Positions 51,348 to 64,000 of a stretch of 64,000 nt of DNA are shown in pieces. Source of the DNA: Felis catus. Lineage: Eukaryota. The position numbers were made by a program, and so were the translations under genes. The stretch covers positions 14,634,001-14,698,000 of the forward strand of contig NC_058368.1 in NCBI RefSeq assembly GCF_018350175.1, in the 5' to 3' direction. The notes below the pieces were generated by a model. That model saw nothing but the letters and a program-made list of their open reading frames with translations, did no database searches and was not told the DNA's origin. Within the stretch, counting starts at the first letter, position 1; each line of letters begins with the position of its first letter.

Positions 51348-51764
51348 CACTGGAGTACTTCAGGGCTTATATGGAGACCCTTGGGTCAATTGTATTTCCG
51401 GTGGGAATCATGCAAAAGCAGTAGTGACTCAGAAAATCTTCTCTGTCTTACTGATGTATTCAGAATGTAGACTAGGGGGTGGGGTGGGGGGGAGTGACCA
51501 TGTACATGCACCTCCCCACTTAGAAGGCAGTCCCATCTGAATGAAACAAAATGCTCTGTGCAAGGGATCACGAGAACGCACATCAGCACGGATTCATCAG
51601 AGGCCCTCATGGAACAAGACTGAGATCCCGTAACTGTTCTGGCTTGAGGGGGAGGAACAAATACAAACACAACACTTCAGAAAAGGAGGTGACACCACTA
51701 GGAAGTCTGCAGTTTTCCAAAGAAACATTAGGAGTAAGTGGAGGGGAAGGAGGAAGTCACTTAC

Positions 51765-51845
51765 ATTAACCCAGGGGTGCTCAAGGACCTGCACAGCCGA
51801 AAATCGCTGATCCACATCAACCAACAGCATCATGGTAATGAGCTC
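51765..51845 (-). CDS. DCLK1: DCLK1 kinase-domain exon (subdomain XI)
   Basis: [27 protein letters not shown]; acceptor CCCTTCTGCAG, donor AAT|GTAAGT; 81 nt, phase 0 to 0. Confidence 0.97.
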
Positions 51846-53304
51846 CTGCAGAAGGGAACGTTCGATTCCATTTGTCTAACTTTTACGGTAGCAACCTGAG
51901 CATTTTCATACGCAGAAGTTCTCTTTTAGTTTGGAAAAGCTCTAAATCTTAAATATATCCGCTCAACTTACCCACAGCCACCTAACATCTTTAGAAGTCA
52001 GAGGAAAGGCGAGTATTCAGAATTATAAACATATTGCTTATCGTTGAGAAAAAAATGAAGTTAATATTAGGATAAATTTCATTAAAAATGTATTTAGTAG
52101 AAAAGAAATAAATTATACAAGTTAAAGAATTAACATTCCTTTCTTTGCCTAGAGTTTTGTGCTTTAAAGGCAGATTTCTAAGTTGGTTTAATACAGAAAT
52201 ATGTTAAAATTGCTTCAAAAATTTCCACATCAGTCAATACCAATAAAATGGAACTATTAAGGGGCAAACGATCTAATGGTTCTGAAATTAATGAGACTTC
52301 CTCATGAGCTCCAAATGATTTGGACCAGGAAAGCACAGCTTGGGTTTTAATGATGAGTCTGTCATACATCTGTCCACCTTGGATTAGAAGTTCCCATGTA
52401 ACAAAATGGTTAGATATGTGTTATCCAGTTCCTTACATTCACAGGGGTCTGAGTACCAGTCCGTGATGGGGATGATTTATTTCCATTGATACAGAGATTT
52501 CTACCCAAAAGTTCTCATTATGTTCTTCTCCGGCTTCAGGCTCCTTTGTGTAAGAAGGCATTCATTCACTTTCCAACCTGGGCCAGAACTTATTAAAGCA
52601 ACTATTTTGTGTGATGCCCTTTGCCAGGTGTCATGGGTGTGTAGGAGATGGTCCTATCTGTCAATGACTTTGAGCCCTCTTGTTACGGAGTGATGGCATA
52701 AGGTAGTAAGTTCCTGAAGAGACTGCTCACAGGCAAAAACAACTCCACCCCCATGCATTATCACCCCACCTCCTATCACCTTTCTGCCTTTCCTATGACA
52801 CTTCTCTCAATTCCCCACATTTTCCTAGGCCCAGAGGTAATTAGAAGTCCTGGGCGGCTGAAGAAAATGACAGCCTTGGACCTAACGTGCATCATTTTCT
52901 ATGGAAAGTGGCCAGGCAGAAAAAGTCAGGTTTTCAATTGAACTCACTCAGGACACAGCGAAAGGAAAGGCATATACACCAAATAATCAAAAGTCAATTA
53001 TTTCTCAACAAGAATTTTTTCATAAATGTAAGTCAATGCTTGGAGATGTAAGTTTAAGGAATCAATTAAAGTCTTGTTTTTTATCTCAAGTTCTACTATC
53101 GTCTCCATGTAAGAGTTTTACAGTTTTCTTAGATACTGATCTCTTCTTAGTTTAATGGACAAAAATGACATGCCTTGTTTCCCTCTGCCTTTATATCCTG
53201 GCTGTCTTTCAAGATCCAGGTTAGATTGTAGCTTCCTCCTGATATCTGTGTGGATCATTTCAATGTTTGAGCTTCCTTCGCTTTGATGGATTAGCTAGTT
53301 GTTT

Positions 53305-53830
53305 CATTCACTCATTCCTTTATTTATTCATTCATTTAATACATGTTAAGCACCAGTTATGTACTGGTCACTACGTAGACACTGATGTTACAGCAAAAAC
53401 AAAATAGACACAAATCCTTGTCTTGGGAACGTTGTGTTCCAGTAGGAGAATCAGAAAATAAATTACATAAGTAGAATGTATCCACCTTTCTAAATCTACC
53501 TGTCTAGAAAGGTAGAAGGCTAGTTACACGGTATACCAGATGGACATGTGGGTGTCAGTACTATACGGAAAAATAAAGCAGATGAGGAAGATAAGGTGAG
53601 CCAGGGTGGTTAAAGAGCTGTAACTGAAAGTGGGGTGGTCTGGGAAAGTTTCACTGAGAAGACGAAATTAAGTCGAGACCTGAAAGAGGCAAAGCAATAA
53701 GCTGTGTGGAAATCTAAGGTGGCCTGGTGCGGGTAGGGGTAGCAAGAGCCTGTGGCAATGTAACCGGAGTGGCAACAAGGAGCAATGAAGCCAGGGAAAC
53801 AGAGGCACTTGATAAGTCGGGATGGCTATG
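53305..53830 (-). mobile_element. L2 LINE 3' fragment
   Basis: Starts CATTCACTCATTC...ATTCATTCATTTAATACATGTTAAGCACC, then GGGGTGGTCTGGGAAAGTTTCACTGAGAAG...GAGACCTGAA. Confidence 0.75.
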
Positions 53831-54000
53831 AACAGAGGACTTGATGACTGTGAACTCTTGGACAACCTAGTAATTATAACCAAAATAGACAGAAATCATA
53901 TTAACAATATCATTAAGTCTCCCTGCATAAGACGAGTCAAAATCAGTAATTCCATTAAGGCGCACAGGCTATAAGGAAGAAGAAGGCACTGGAAACCTAC

Positions 54001-54097
54001 CTTGGCAGAATCAGAAACGTTATCCCAGTACGGAGAAGGAAAGTCCACTTGCCCCATCAAAATCTGATCAAAAAGCACCTCCTGGTCATCACCACTT
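54001..54097 (-). CDS. DCLK1: DCLK1 kinase-domain exon (subdomain X)
   Basis: (G)[32 protein letters not shown]; acceptor AAACAG, donor AAG|GTAGGT; 97 nt, phase 2 to 0. Confidence 0.97.
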
Positions 54098-54466
54098 CTG
54101 TTTAGATGAACAACGACAACAAGGGAAAAACAGCGCTAAAATGTCAACTCAGAGTATGTTTCTTCATTCTTATACATTAGAGCCTTTCCTTTCCCCATTA
54201 ATGTGTAAAATGTGTGTTTTTAAGCAATTTAAAATGTCAATATGGAACTGTTTTGGTAAATTAAGAAAGAATGAGTTTTTAAATTATATGAGGAAGATTT
54301 ATGGAAGGCATGTAAATTAGCATGTACAACATAGAAAAAAATAACAGGCACTGCGAGCGAAGTTCTTATTATGTTCTTTTCCTGCTTGAGGCTCTTTTGT
54401 GCAAGAAGGCGGAATGGATCACTCAGAGAATAGAGCAATGCTTTGTTGGTGAGGAATAAAAGATTA

Positions 54467-54637
<171 letters not shown>

Positions 54638-54940
54638 CTAAACCAAAAACCAAACTAAACAAAATAAAAAGCCCAACAACAAACAATAAACTAAAACCCA
54701 CCAGCTAATCAGAATTCAAAGAAAGAATAATAAAAAAAGAGAGAGAAAGAGACTAAGACACGTGAATAAAAATCAAAGTAAAAGCATGCTTATGATCATA
54801 TCCAAATATCAGTAAGTGAGGGGTTTCATCAAAAAGGCTTATTATAGCCATATCAGTTTTAAGATAAGGTGGGACCCTCGAAACTATACAACTCCCAGAT
54901 TTTAGAAATAACAATTACATATAGGACATTGCCAATTTAT

Positions 54941-55155
54941 TTTTTTATTTTTTTAATATTTATTTGAGAGAGAGAGAGAGAGAGAGCAAGTACAAGCAGA
55001 GGAGGGTCAGAGAGGGGGACATGAAGAATCCAAAGCAGGCTCCAGGCTCTGAGCTGTCAGCACAGAGCCCGACGCGGGGCTAGAACCCACAAACTGTGAG
55101 ATCATGACCTGAGCCAAAGTCGGACGCTTAACGGACTGAGCCATCTAGGCGCCCC
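54941..55155 (-). mobile_element. Feliform CAN-SINE
   Basis: Antisense SINE; TSD AGGACATT(G/T)CCAATTTAT at 54923-54940 and 55156-55173. Confidence 0.94.
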
Positions 55156-55199
55156 AGGACATTTCCAATTTATAAGGCACCGACATATATTATCTTATA

Positions 55200-55370
55200 T
55201 GCTGTTTTTCTAACAGCTCTTTACATTCCCAAGGATAAGTATTGTTGCCTATATTATAGAGGGGAAAACTGAGGTTCAGTGAGGTAAATAGTCTTCCTGA
55301 AGATCACACAATCTGTGGCAGAGCTGGGTTCCAACCAGGATCTTCAAGAGCCCAATGCAATTCTCTTTCT
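55200..55370 (-). mobile_element. MIR SINE
   Basis: ATAGAGGGGAAAACTGAGGTTCAGTGAGGTAAA...AAGATCACACA...GTGGCAGAGCTGGG. Confidence 0.75.
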
Positions 55371-56556
55371 ACCCCAGACCCCTCCCTCCTGGCAGGCTGT
55401 CAGAATACTCACAGTAGAAACTGTAGATACGCCTGAGGCAACACCCTCTGAGCGAGGTCAGGCAAGGTTACGGATGTGGGCTCCCAACTCACTCAAATTT
55501 GACGAATAAAAAAGTTCTCATTACCCTACATCTCACCCTTGGGATTTCCCGATTGGCGTTCCCTTCTCATCTATTCTGCATTTCTACCTTTCTGGTCTAT
55601 GGTTAAGCAGAAAAACTCTCTCAAATGGGTCATAGTGGAGCATACAACCTAGACCCTTGGGGGTGGGTTGGTGCCACTAAGGGGGGGGGGGGAGTAGGGC
55701 CATCTCCCCTTGCTGCACCACCCTTTCCCAATCCTTCTGTGTCAGGGTAGTACTTCAGAACGTCGCCCATGATCCTTGGTAAGAACTAGGCTCTTTTGGG
55801 AAAGAGCCCTTTATTCACACAGACCTGAGTTCAAATGCTGACTGAACTACGATCTAGTCATGAGCTTATGTGATATTCAACCTTCAGAGTAAGATTATTC
55901 ATATGCTCAATGGGAATCATACCATCTACTGTAAGAGTTAGAAGTAAAGGAGCTTAGGACCTGGCGTGCAGTAGGTCCTTACTAAGTGTCAGGCCACCCG
56001 CCTTCTCCCCCATCCCCGCCCCGCCCCCATTCTAGAGATTTTCATTCATCTGATACGGCTGCACACAGAAACCAGAAAATTCCCAGTGGCCCTCTGATGC
56101 CTAAGGGTGTTTGTACTGCACAGATAATCAATGGACCGCCAAGAGAGCCAAAATGAGACTGGGACGGGAGAATGAGGACAGCTGAGAGAAATAACCACAG
56201 GAGACTGTAATCACCACACACAGCAGTGTCTGTTTCTTTTATCCAAAAGCAAGTTAATTACCATCGCTATATGTTTCCCTGTTAGTCCGAACATTTTTTA
56301 CTCTGAGGTTAATAACTGCTGTTCTACCTTTAACAAAGGCCAAATGGAAGCCTTGAACAAGATTGCAGTAATTGGCAACTTGATTGGGGAAACAGAGAAA
56401 ATGGCTCCCACTTTCAAGTTTAAAAAAAAAAAGAGTGAAAGAAATCTGATAGCTAATTCTGTCCGGATGGCACAGAGCAGTACTTTCTCCTATTCTTGAA
56501 GCAGACTAGTTCTTTGACAAGCACAGCACTTCAGTAAACACACGGAAAGCATTTAC

Positions 56557-56690
56557 CCAGTCTCTGCGATGATTTCTGGAGCCACATATGTCGGGGTGCC
56601 ACAGACTGTGTACAGGGGGCCGTCTACAATGGTGGCCAGTCCAAAGTCACCCAGCTTCAGCGATTTGCTGCCATCTTGGTGTTCGTACAC
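56557..56690 (-). CDS. DCLK1: DCLK1 kinase-domain exon (DFG to APE activation segment); upstream exons lie outside the window
   Basis: Minus-strand translation [44 protein letters not shown](G); acceptor TTTCCTGTAG, donor GG|GTAAAT; 134 nt, phase 0 to 2. Confidence 0.97.
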
Positions 56691-56819
56691 CTACAGGAAA
56701 AGCAAAGAGTGAAACTGCCTTAAAACGAAGAGCTCAAAAGCTCTTTCTTGAAGAAATGAGGGGCGCTGTGGTTTAACTTTCATGTATTTATCATAAAGTA
56801 AAAAAAAATGAGGCAATTC

Positions 56820-57200
56820 TGCAAGGATATACATATGAGACTATCCTTTTTTAGATGACAGCAGAACTGGAAACATGGCAAACAGCCAGCAAATGGAAAT
56901 TCAATAATAAATTGCGGTAGTTCATACAATGGCGTGGTACATGAGCATTAACATGGCGATGTGGGTTTATATTTATTGAAATACATTATTTGGGGGAAAA
57001 AAGGGAAGATTTCAGACTGGTCTGCATAAAATGTGTATTAAAGAAAAGAAGACGTAGAAAGAAAAATGTCTGAAAGAACACAGTGTTCGTGTGTCCATCT
57101 CTGGGTGGTAGGATTAAGGCAGATTTCTTGTTTTTTTGCTCCTCTGTATTTAATGTTTTCCACAATTAAAATTGATTTGTGTAATGCAATGAAATATAGT
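56820..57200 (+). mobile_element. Old L1 (L1MC/ME-like) fragment
   Basis: GCAGAACTGGAAAC...AATAAATTGCGGTAGTTCATACAATGG...ATCTCTGGGTGGTAGGATTA. Confidence 0.55.
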
Positions 57201-60200
57201 CTCCAGTGCAGTATCTCCAACTTACGAAAATAATTACCTCTCCATTTTAATATATAAGAGGCCTTAAAAATACAGTTCTTTACTAACTGAACAAAAAAAT
57301 CTACACAAATATTAAAATACTTCATTTTCAGTGGCCCACATTTCCAACAAAATCTATTTACATTTTTTTATTAATAATTGAAAGGGATATTAACATTTCA
57401 TTTCACCTGTGGCAATTTGGAAAGATTTATCAGGTGCAGAGTCAGCATTCTGCCCAGGTTTCCTTATTAAGGCAGTAAAAGTCTCTAGTCTTTCACCCAA
57501 CAAATCAAGAAAAGGATGCATGTGACTATAGGCAAGTATTTATACTGCTTTAATTCCAGCCCGTGATCAAACCAAATGGGTCTGCTCTAAAAAGTATTCC
57601 AAACAACTTCTACTATTTCAAAGAAAAGATCAAAGGGCATTCAGAATTCTAATTCAGTGCCCTCCATTGGAATCAATAAGATAAAGAAAACCACACTAAA
57701 AAGCTCCTGTTCCCAGCAAAGGCAGTCACCAGGAGATGCCTTAAGGAAATGGTGAAGTTTTCCATGCACATCAGAATAATTCCTCCCCCAGCAAGTTGAA
57801 GCCTGAATGTTCTTCTGTTGCCGCCTTGTGATCATCTGTACTTGCTACGGCGGTCTGACCTCTTGCACAGTAAGGCATCTCTCCACACATCAGGAGCTCC
57901 ACTACCGTTCACACACCGCGTCTCCCTTTCCTTGGCAAAAGTACATTAACTTCTCATTTCACTGCCGCATAAAGTGCAGATGTTTGGCTGGCTAAGCTGT
58001 GGTATCAGCATCGATCATTTGGATCTAACTGTTTTGGCAGAGGCGGGGAGTCTGATCCTCCCTTTTGGAGTGACTGTGTCTTTTCTGGGCAGAAAATATC
58101 CTTTTATGTCTTCTCCACACAGAGAGAGCATGGAGTCTTCTCCTTAAGGGCTTGACCACCATCTACACTGGGCCTGTGGGCAGGTGTCCAGAGACTTGTG
58201 GGGTCTCCTGCACTTAGGTCGTTAGGGCAAAGACAGTTGCATGTCCCTCACAGATGTAACTTTGCCCAGTTGTCATCTGGGATAGACACTGTCCTCACTC
58301 CTTTAACAAAGCAGCTCTCTAGCCCATCAGCAGGAGCAAGTTAGGGGCTCTGAGGCATTAGAGCCACAAAACATAATATCATACCCAGCCTAAATGTTTT
58401 CCAGCGAAAGAAATCCCTAAATCATAGTTTTAGTGCATCAGCTCTTCTGGCCATCCAAATGTTTTTCATGAGCAGAAACCTGAGATGGAAATATATCTAG
58501 AAGATCGTCTAGTTTACTTCCCAGACAAAGCAGGATGGTTTACTTCCTTACTTCCGTTTTCTTAGTAATAACCTTCCTAAAATGCGAAATAATCTCTCGC
58601 TTTGAGGTTCTGTTAGTCCGAACATCCACGGGGCGTGTTTTGTGAGGTTGTGCAGATGCAGGTTTCAATTTACGCAACTCCGTTTGTACAGGAATTTTGT
58701 GGTTTTCCTCTAAACGTACTATCTATACTCACCTAACTTTATTCAAAAGTTGGACCGAAAGCAGATGTTGGCAGATCCAGTCATAAGTCATATTTTGGTT
58801 CTGACTGTGACTATGTAATTCTCTTACATGTAGCAAAGGTTTTATTTTTGAGTATCTACATTTTGATAGGATTTCCATCTCATACATAGCCATGTGATAG
58901 TTATATTTAACGTAGCCAAACAATAAAGTTCAAAGTTTCAACAACTAAGAGAAAACAAGCACTAAAAAAAATTGTACGTAAAATTTAGGATTATGTGAAA
59001 GCAGTAATTCTTCAAAAATAAAACCAACACCTTTTAAATAGAACACAGAATCTATCATTTTAATGCTCTTTTTATCTTTATCACTTCCACGGTGGCCCCT
59101 TCCTCTGCTTTGAAAAAACAGAATTTCATGAACATAAAGTAGTTAACGTGATGCTTATGATAGACAATAAGAACTGAGAGACAAAGGCCTAATCCATGTA
59201 ACTGAAAACATTTCTAGACACAACCACATTAGAAATGCTTCGGCAAAATGTTTTTGCAGGTGAATAAATGTCCAGGCTTTTCGTTTGGAATTGTGTTTCA
59301 CTTACTTACTGTCAGGCAGGGCAGGAAACAAGGTTGCTTTGGGTTTTTCTCTGTCAACACTTTGGGAGAAGGGTACAGAAGAATATATTCCAGTGTTTCC
59401 TCCCCTCCAATGGGAGAGCACCTTTCCTGAGTCCCCACACAGCCACCTCACAACTGGGGTTCACCCTTAGCGTCTGCTGCACCCTGAGCTGGGCTCACCC
59501 TTATTTATGTCTTACGGAGCCAGATACAGAGGGGCATGAGTGAGGCCATTGAAAAATGTAATTAAAACTCTGTTCAAATCGCAGATTGCTAAATACATCT
59601 GTTTCAAACACACACACACCCTCACGCACACGCACACCCACCACTCGCAAAACCGTCCCCCAGAAAGTATTTTCCCAAACGGCAGCTATAAATTTACTTT
59701 GAACTGAGTTTTTAATTAAAAGTTAGGAGTTGGAAAAGCTTCTAACAAGTTCACACTTAAAATGTGGAGTCCTTGGCTTATAGTGCTCCCTGAATCGATT
59801 CTGATTTCGCTCCTCTGCATGTCTCCTCATCCTGACCATCTTCCACGAGGGACGTTAACTGGCTGCAAGTACGGGCTCGGGCAGCCTGATCCAGCAAGTG
59901 GGGTTCTGGTGTAAAAAGGACTTTGGCCTTCACTGTATTGTAAAGCTTCCATAAAACGCGGCCCACAAGTGAGGTGGGAGTACATTGTCAATCAACGAGT
60001 ATTCACAACATGAGATATAATTTAATGTTCATCCCAAACCCTTTAAATACTCTAGATGTTCCCCCACATTTTAAACACTGAGGGGCTATTAAAGAGACGG
60101 GGATTAGTGCAAATTACCAGTATGTAGTGCTTTCACTGTTTTAACTAAGCAATAAAACTGTGTAATTGTACAACACTAATTGAATGCAGCTACCCATAAT

Positions 60201-61529
60201 TGTGGGCGGCCATATGTATCCTATTACCATAAAGATTGTCAGTATTTTGTAAGCTACTCTTGTGATCATTGCAGATGGCTACAGTCAGAGAAGTTGTTCT
60301 CTAGGGTTTATTATATGGCTATAAAGACATCCCATGATTTGACAGACTAAATGTGTTAAATGGCAACAATTATGAAAAAGGTTCCAATTAAAAGCTGAAG
60401 GCACGTCCTACCAAGAACAGATATAGTGAAAGGTCAGGTATTAGGTTTTTGGCACACCGGCATTTCGCACAGGATTTTTCCTTTTTAAAGAAGAGTTTTA
60501 TTTTTGTTTCTTTTCTTTTATTTAGGGTTTTGCAGTAGCTGTAACTTGCTGAACAGTAGATGTTTGGGCATAGGCCTGATTTCCTTTGGATTAGAAACTG
60601 AGACCATTTGGAAAAGTTATTTGAAAAAATAAAAGATTTAATATATAGTCATAAAATGCAGCTGGTGGCCATAAAATAATATGAAAATTCACAGATAACC
60701 TGAACCCAGGCAAATGGTTTCTGAGATTCCCATAATAGAGAACTAAGAGCTGACTAACATAACAGATGTGTTGGGACAAACATAATTCTCAATGTTGCTG
60801 TGAATTCAAGGATAACCCTGTTGAAATCCTGGCTAATGAATCATTAGTATCCACGGAAATATTTTCACAGAGGAGCTCAATAGGTACTAAAAAATTATTT
60901 CACCAAATAGAATTGGACAAAGGTGGCATGAAATTGACAAAGCCATGGAAAAAAAAGTCAATTTACTTTTTAACCAATATGGTATCCCTTTAAAAAGACG
61001 TGGCTTTTCCTCTGGCCATGGTATACGGCCTTTACAATCCTAAGGAAAATAAATTTAAATCTTTAATCTTTGAGAAGTGAAGTAAAACAACATTAATGCA
61101 AGAGATTATTTTTTAAAATGCACTTTATGGTCCACATACTTTAAAATTAAACCTCCTGGAAAAAAAATTAATTCTTAAAAAAACTATCTTATACCCACAT
61201 GTAAAATCTTTATGAAATCAAAGGTTAAATGAAATAATAACAGTGAATGTCATACAGAAGTCAGAAGAGGGGTAACAATAGCAGAGTGAAAAATAAAATA
61301 GCTTTTAAGGTATTACCTAGAGATTTTTGGGAAGACAGAAGGATGAATGGAGACTCCCGGAAACCTGATTCTCATCCTCACATTAAAATAATCATGAAAC
61401 TATCTCAAAAGGGGTCCTATGCAGCTGCATTGAGATACACAAAACATGCACGTTCGGGATTCTCTTGGCCATTGTACACACTAGGCTTTTGCTAAAACTG
61501 GGAACTCAGTGTCACTGCCATTTTAAAAA

Positions 61530-62410
61530 CTGGTATTACATTTTTGACACACGAGTAATATCCAACATGTCACTGTAGGAAAATTAGAAAAGACAGATAA
61601 TTATAGAGGGAAAGGAATTAAACTCACCCATGATCTTGACACTTAGAAATAACCATTGTTAGCATTTTGGGGTATGAACTTCCAGCCCCTTCTTTACCTC
61701 TCTTTCCTGCCCTTCTCCTTCCACTGGACAATATATCCTGAGTGACTAAGCCTGTATCTACATCACGATTTCCAGGGGCTACTGGATATTCCATTGTATG
61801 GAGGCACCATGATAATAACCCCAACATCTACTACCACCGCTACTTAGTAAGCACACAGGATACACGAGGCATTGTGTTGAGGAGTTCATGTTCATTACCC
61901 TATTGGATCTTCACAACAACCTATTAAGTAATCTCACTGATATTCTGCAGATGAGAAAATTGAGTCTCAGAGACGTTAAGTAACTTGTCCAATGTTGCAC
62001 AGCTAGTAAGTGGCAGAGCCAGAACTTAAGCTTAGGTATGTCCAAGTCTAAGGTTTTAACCATATGTCCTCCTCCCTCCTCATCATGCTATTATTTAATT
62101 AATCGGTGCCCTGAGGTAACTTGTTTCCATATATACGTATCTCTATTTTTTCATACTAAAACCCACTGGGATGAATATCTGTATGTATGTATACATATCT
62201 GATTTTTTTTCTTCAGGTTACCTTTCCAGACTTAGAATTACTTGGTCATAGGATACACACACTATTGAAGGTTTCAGTTATTTATTACCAAATTACCTTT
62301 CAAAAAGCTTCTATGAAGTTACTCCGCACCAACATGTATGAGATGATTGGTAGTCTAATAACTTTGGCAACGCTATATACTATTATTATTAATCTTTGCT
62401 ACTCCAATAA
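61530..62410 (-). mobile_element. Old L1 (L1ME-like) fragment with a MIR inserted at about 61835-62065
   Basis: AAATAACCATTGTTAGCATTTTGG, ATATTCCATTGTATGGAGGCACCAT, TTACCAAATTACCTTTCAAAAAG; MIR core CAGATGAGAAAATTGAGTCTCAGAGACGTTAAGTAACTTGTCCAATGTTGCACAGCTAGTAAGTGGCAGAGCC. Confidence 0.7.
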
Positions 62411-62745
62411 GACCATGTCATTTTAAGTGAGATGAGTGATGTTATTTCAGTCCTTAATCACAAAAGGGACGAGTAGTGCACCAGACAGACCTGGGCCAAC
62501 CCTGGCAGCACACTACACTTTTATTTCCTGTCTTCTTCTTCCTTGTGCCATCATAGGTCCTTGGAAAAGGGCCCTCAGCAAATGTGTTAGCAAAATAACT
62601 GGCATATGATTGTACTAAATAATGTTTGGGGACAATGTTGTTTTTCTTCTATTTTTCCCTTAATTTTTATCCAAATTCAGAGAGCAGAATTTTTTTTTCT
62701 AAACACCTATAAAAAAGATTCATTCAGTGTCTGCGTGGACATTTT

Positions 62746-62967
62746 ATTTTTATGTATGTATGTATGTATGTATGTATGTATGTATGTATGTATGTATTTT
62801 TGAGGGGGCGGGAGCAAAGCAGGGGCAGAGAGAGAAGGGCAGAGAATCTGAAGCGGGCTGTGCGATGACAGCGGAGAGCCCGAGGTAGGGCTCGAACTCA
62901 AGAAACCGTGAGATCATGACCTGAGCCAAAGGCAGAGGCATAGCTGACGGAACCACCCAGGTGCCCC
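62746..62967 (-). mobile_element. CAN-SINE whose tail has become a (CATA)n microsatellite
   Basis: Antisense SINE ending GTGCCCC; (TATG)n at about 62751-62797; TSD CTGC(G/T)TGGACATTTT on both sides. Confidence 0.9.
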
Positions 62968-64000
62968 TCTGCTTGGACATTTTCAATGACCACAAGCTAC
63001 GTATAGTAAAGGCTGTTTAATTTGCAAACTGGTGCAATTGTTAGAATTTTTTTTTTCTTATATCAACCTCAAATCTCTCAGCAATTAATGTCTTCTCTTT
63101 AGAGTTCAGTGCTCTCAAGTACAGCACAGAAAAGTTCTTCCATCTTCTGTGTCATTTACTTGACCAGAGCCACCGCACTCTACTTTCTCCGTCCCTGCTG
63201 TGGGCTAAACTCCAGGCCCCTGTCATGCCGTGCTCAGATTCCTCACCAGAGTGGCAAACGGTATAAGCAAGACAGAGGACTCTTGATGTAGCACTCTTTC
63301 GGTGAAAGGAGTCTAGGGGCACTTTTTTAAGGAATCATATCACACTGAGGCTCACACTGAAGTTACAGTCAATTAACTGCCTTTCATGTGGCCTGGCCAA
63401 GTTTTTCCATTGCTGCTTTTCTGCAATGATCATTAAAACAACTATACCAAGATCACTCAGTCCATTGGGATTTATGTTCCTCTCTTGTCAAATTTCATCT
63501 TACTGATTTTGGACCCTCATAGAGCCCAAGATACTTTTGGATCTCAATTCTGTCATTTGCCGTAATACATCTTCATTTCACATCACTAATAATGCTGACT
63601 GGGTGACAGCTAGTGACAGAGTCCTGAGAGGCCCCTGTCTCCTTTCTTCTGGGTCCCGTGACCATTAATCAGCACTCTGGTTTGAGATCATATGACAGTG
63701 GACTGACTACAGAATCTACTCGACTGTACTTTTGTCTATGACTTCTACATGCACTCTATCTGTGGCTTGTGTACCCTGTGTACCTTGTTGCCTTGTGTAC
63801 CATGGACCTCTTTGGGGATTAAGAGTTCTGGGATTAAAGCAGAAGGAAATCCATTCATCTCCTGGGCTTGGGGCTGGCTGAACCGGAAATGAATCCAAGC
63901 TGGAACACCCCATCTCTTGGTCATACCTGGTCATCTCTTGGAGGGAACAGGGTATCTTCCTGCTATGTACAATCTACAGAGTGACAATGAGAGTCATGTG

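Noticed and set aside
56691..64000. Expected next upstream DCLK1 exon (HRDIKPEN catalytic loop)
   Set aside because: Not found by eye in this interval; it presumably lies beyond the window end.

Overview
Mammalian genomic DNA, almost certainly from a felid: it carries feliform-type CAN-SINEs and young cat-type L1 3' ends. It is not microbial, and almost all ORFs in the supplied track are spurious. The only gene I can support is the 3' half of DCLK1 (doublecortin-like kinase 1) on the minus strand. It comprises five constitutive coding exons (56557-56690, 54477-54554, 54001-54097, 51765-51845, 40558-40671), a 74-nt frame-shifting cassette exon (35077-35150), a dual-frame terminal exon (from 22026 down) and a 3' UTR with no SINE/L1 copy that I could recognise, extending to about 16340 with several AATAAA signals. 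All exons have canonical AG/GT boundaries and consistent phases. The rest is introns and downstream intergenic DNA with SINEs, L1, L2, MIR, Tigger2, MER58A, MER5, MLT1/LTR relics and microsatellites. I found no new multi-gene system. The most unusual local features are: a perfect 49-bp intronic hairpin that looks like a recent template-switch rearrangement of an old MIR (47331-47444); a 32-nt U6 retrocopy with a target-site duplication; a candidate L1 3' transduction; a 75-bp tandem duplication; clustered miR-15/16 seed sites; and a convergent pair of CTCF-like motifs. Repeat family names come from my recall of consensus sequences, not from a database search, and the boundaries of old repeats are approximate.
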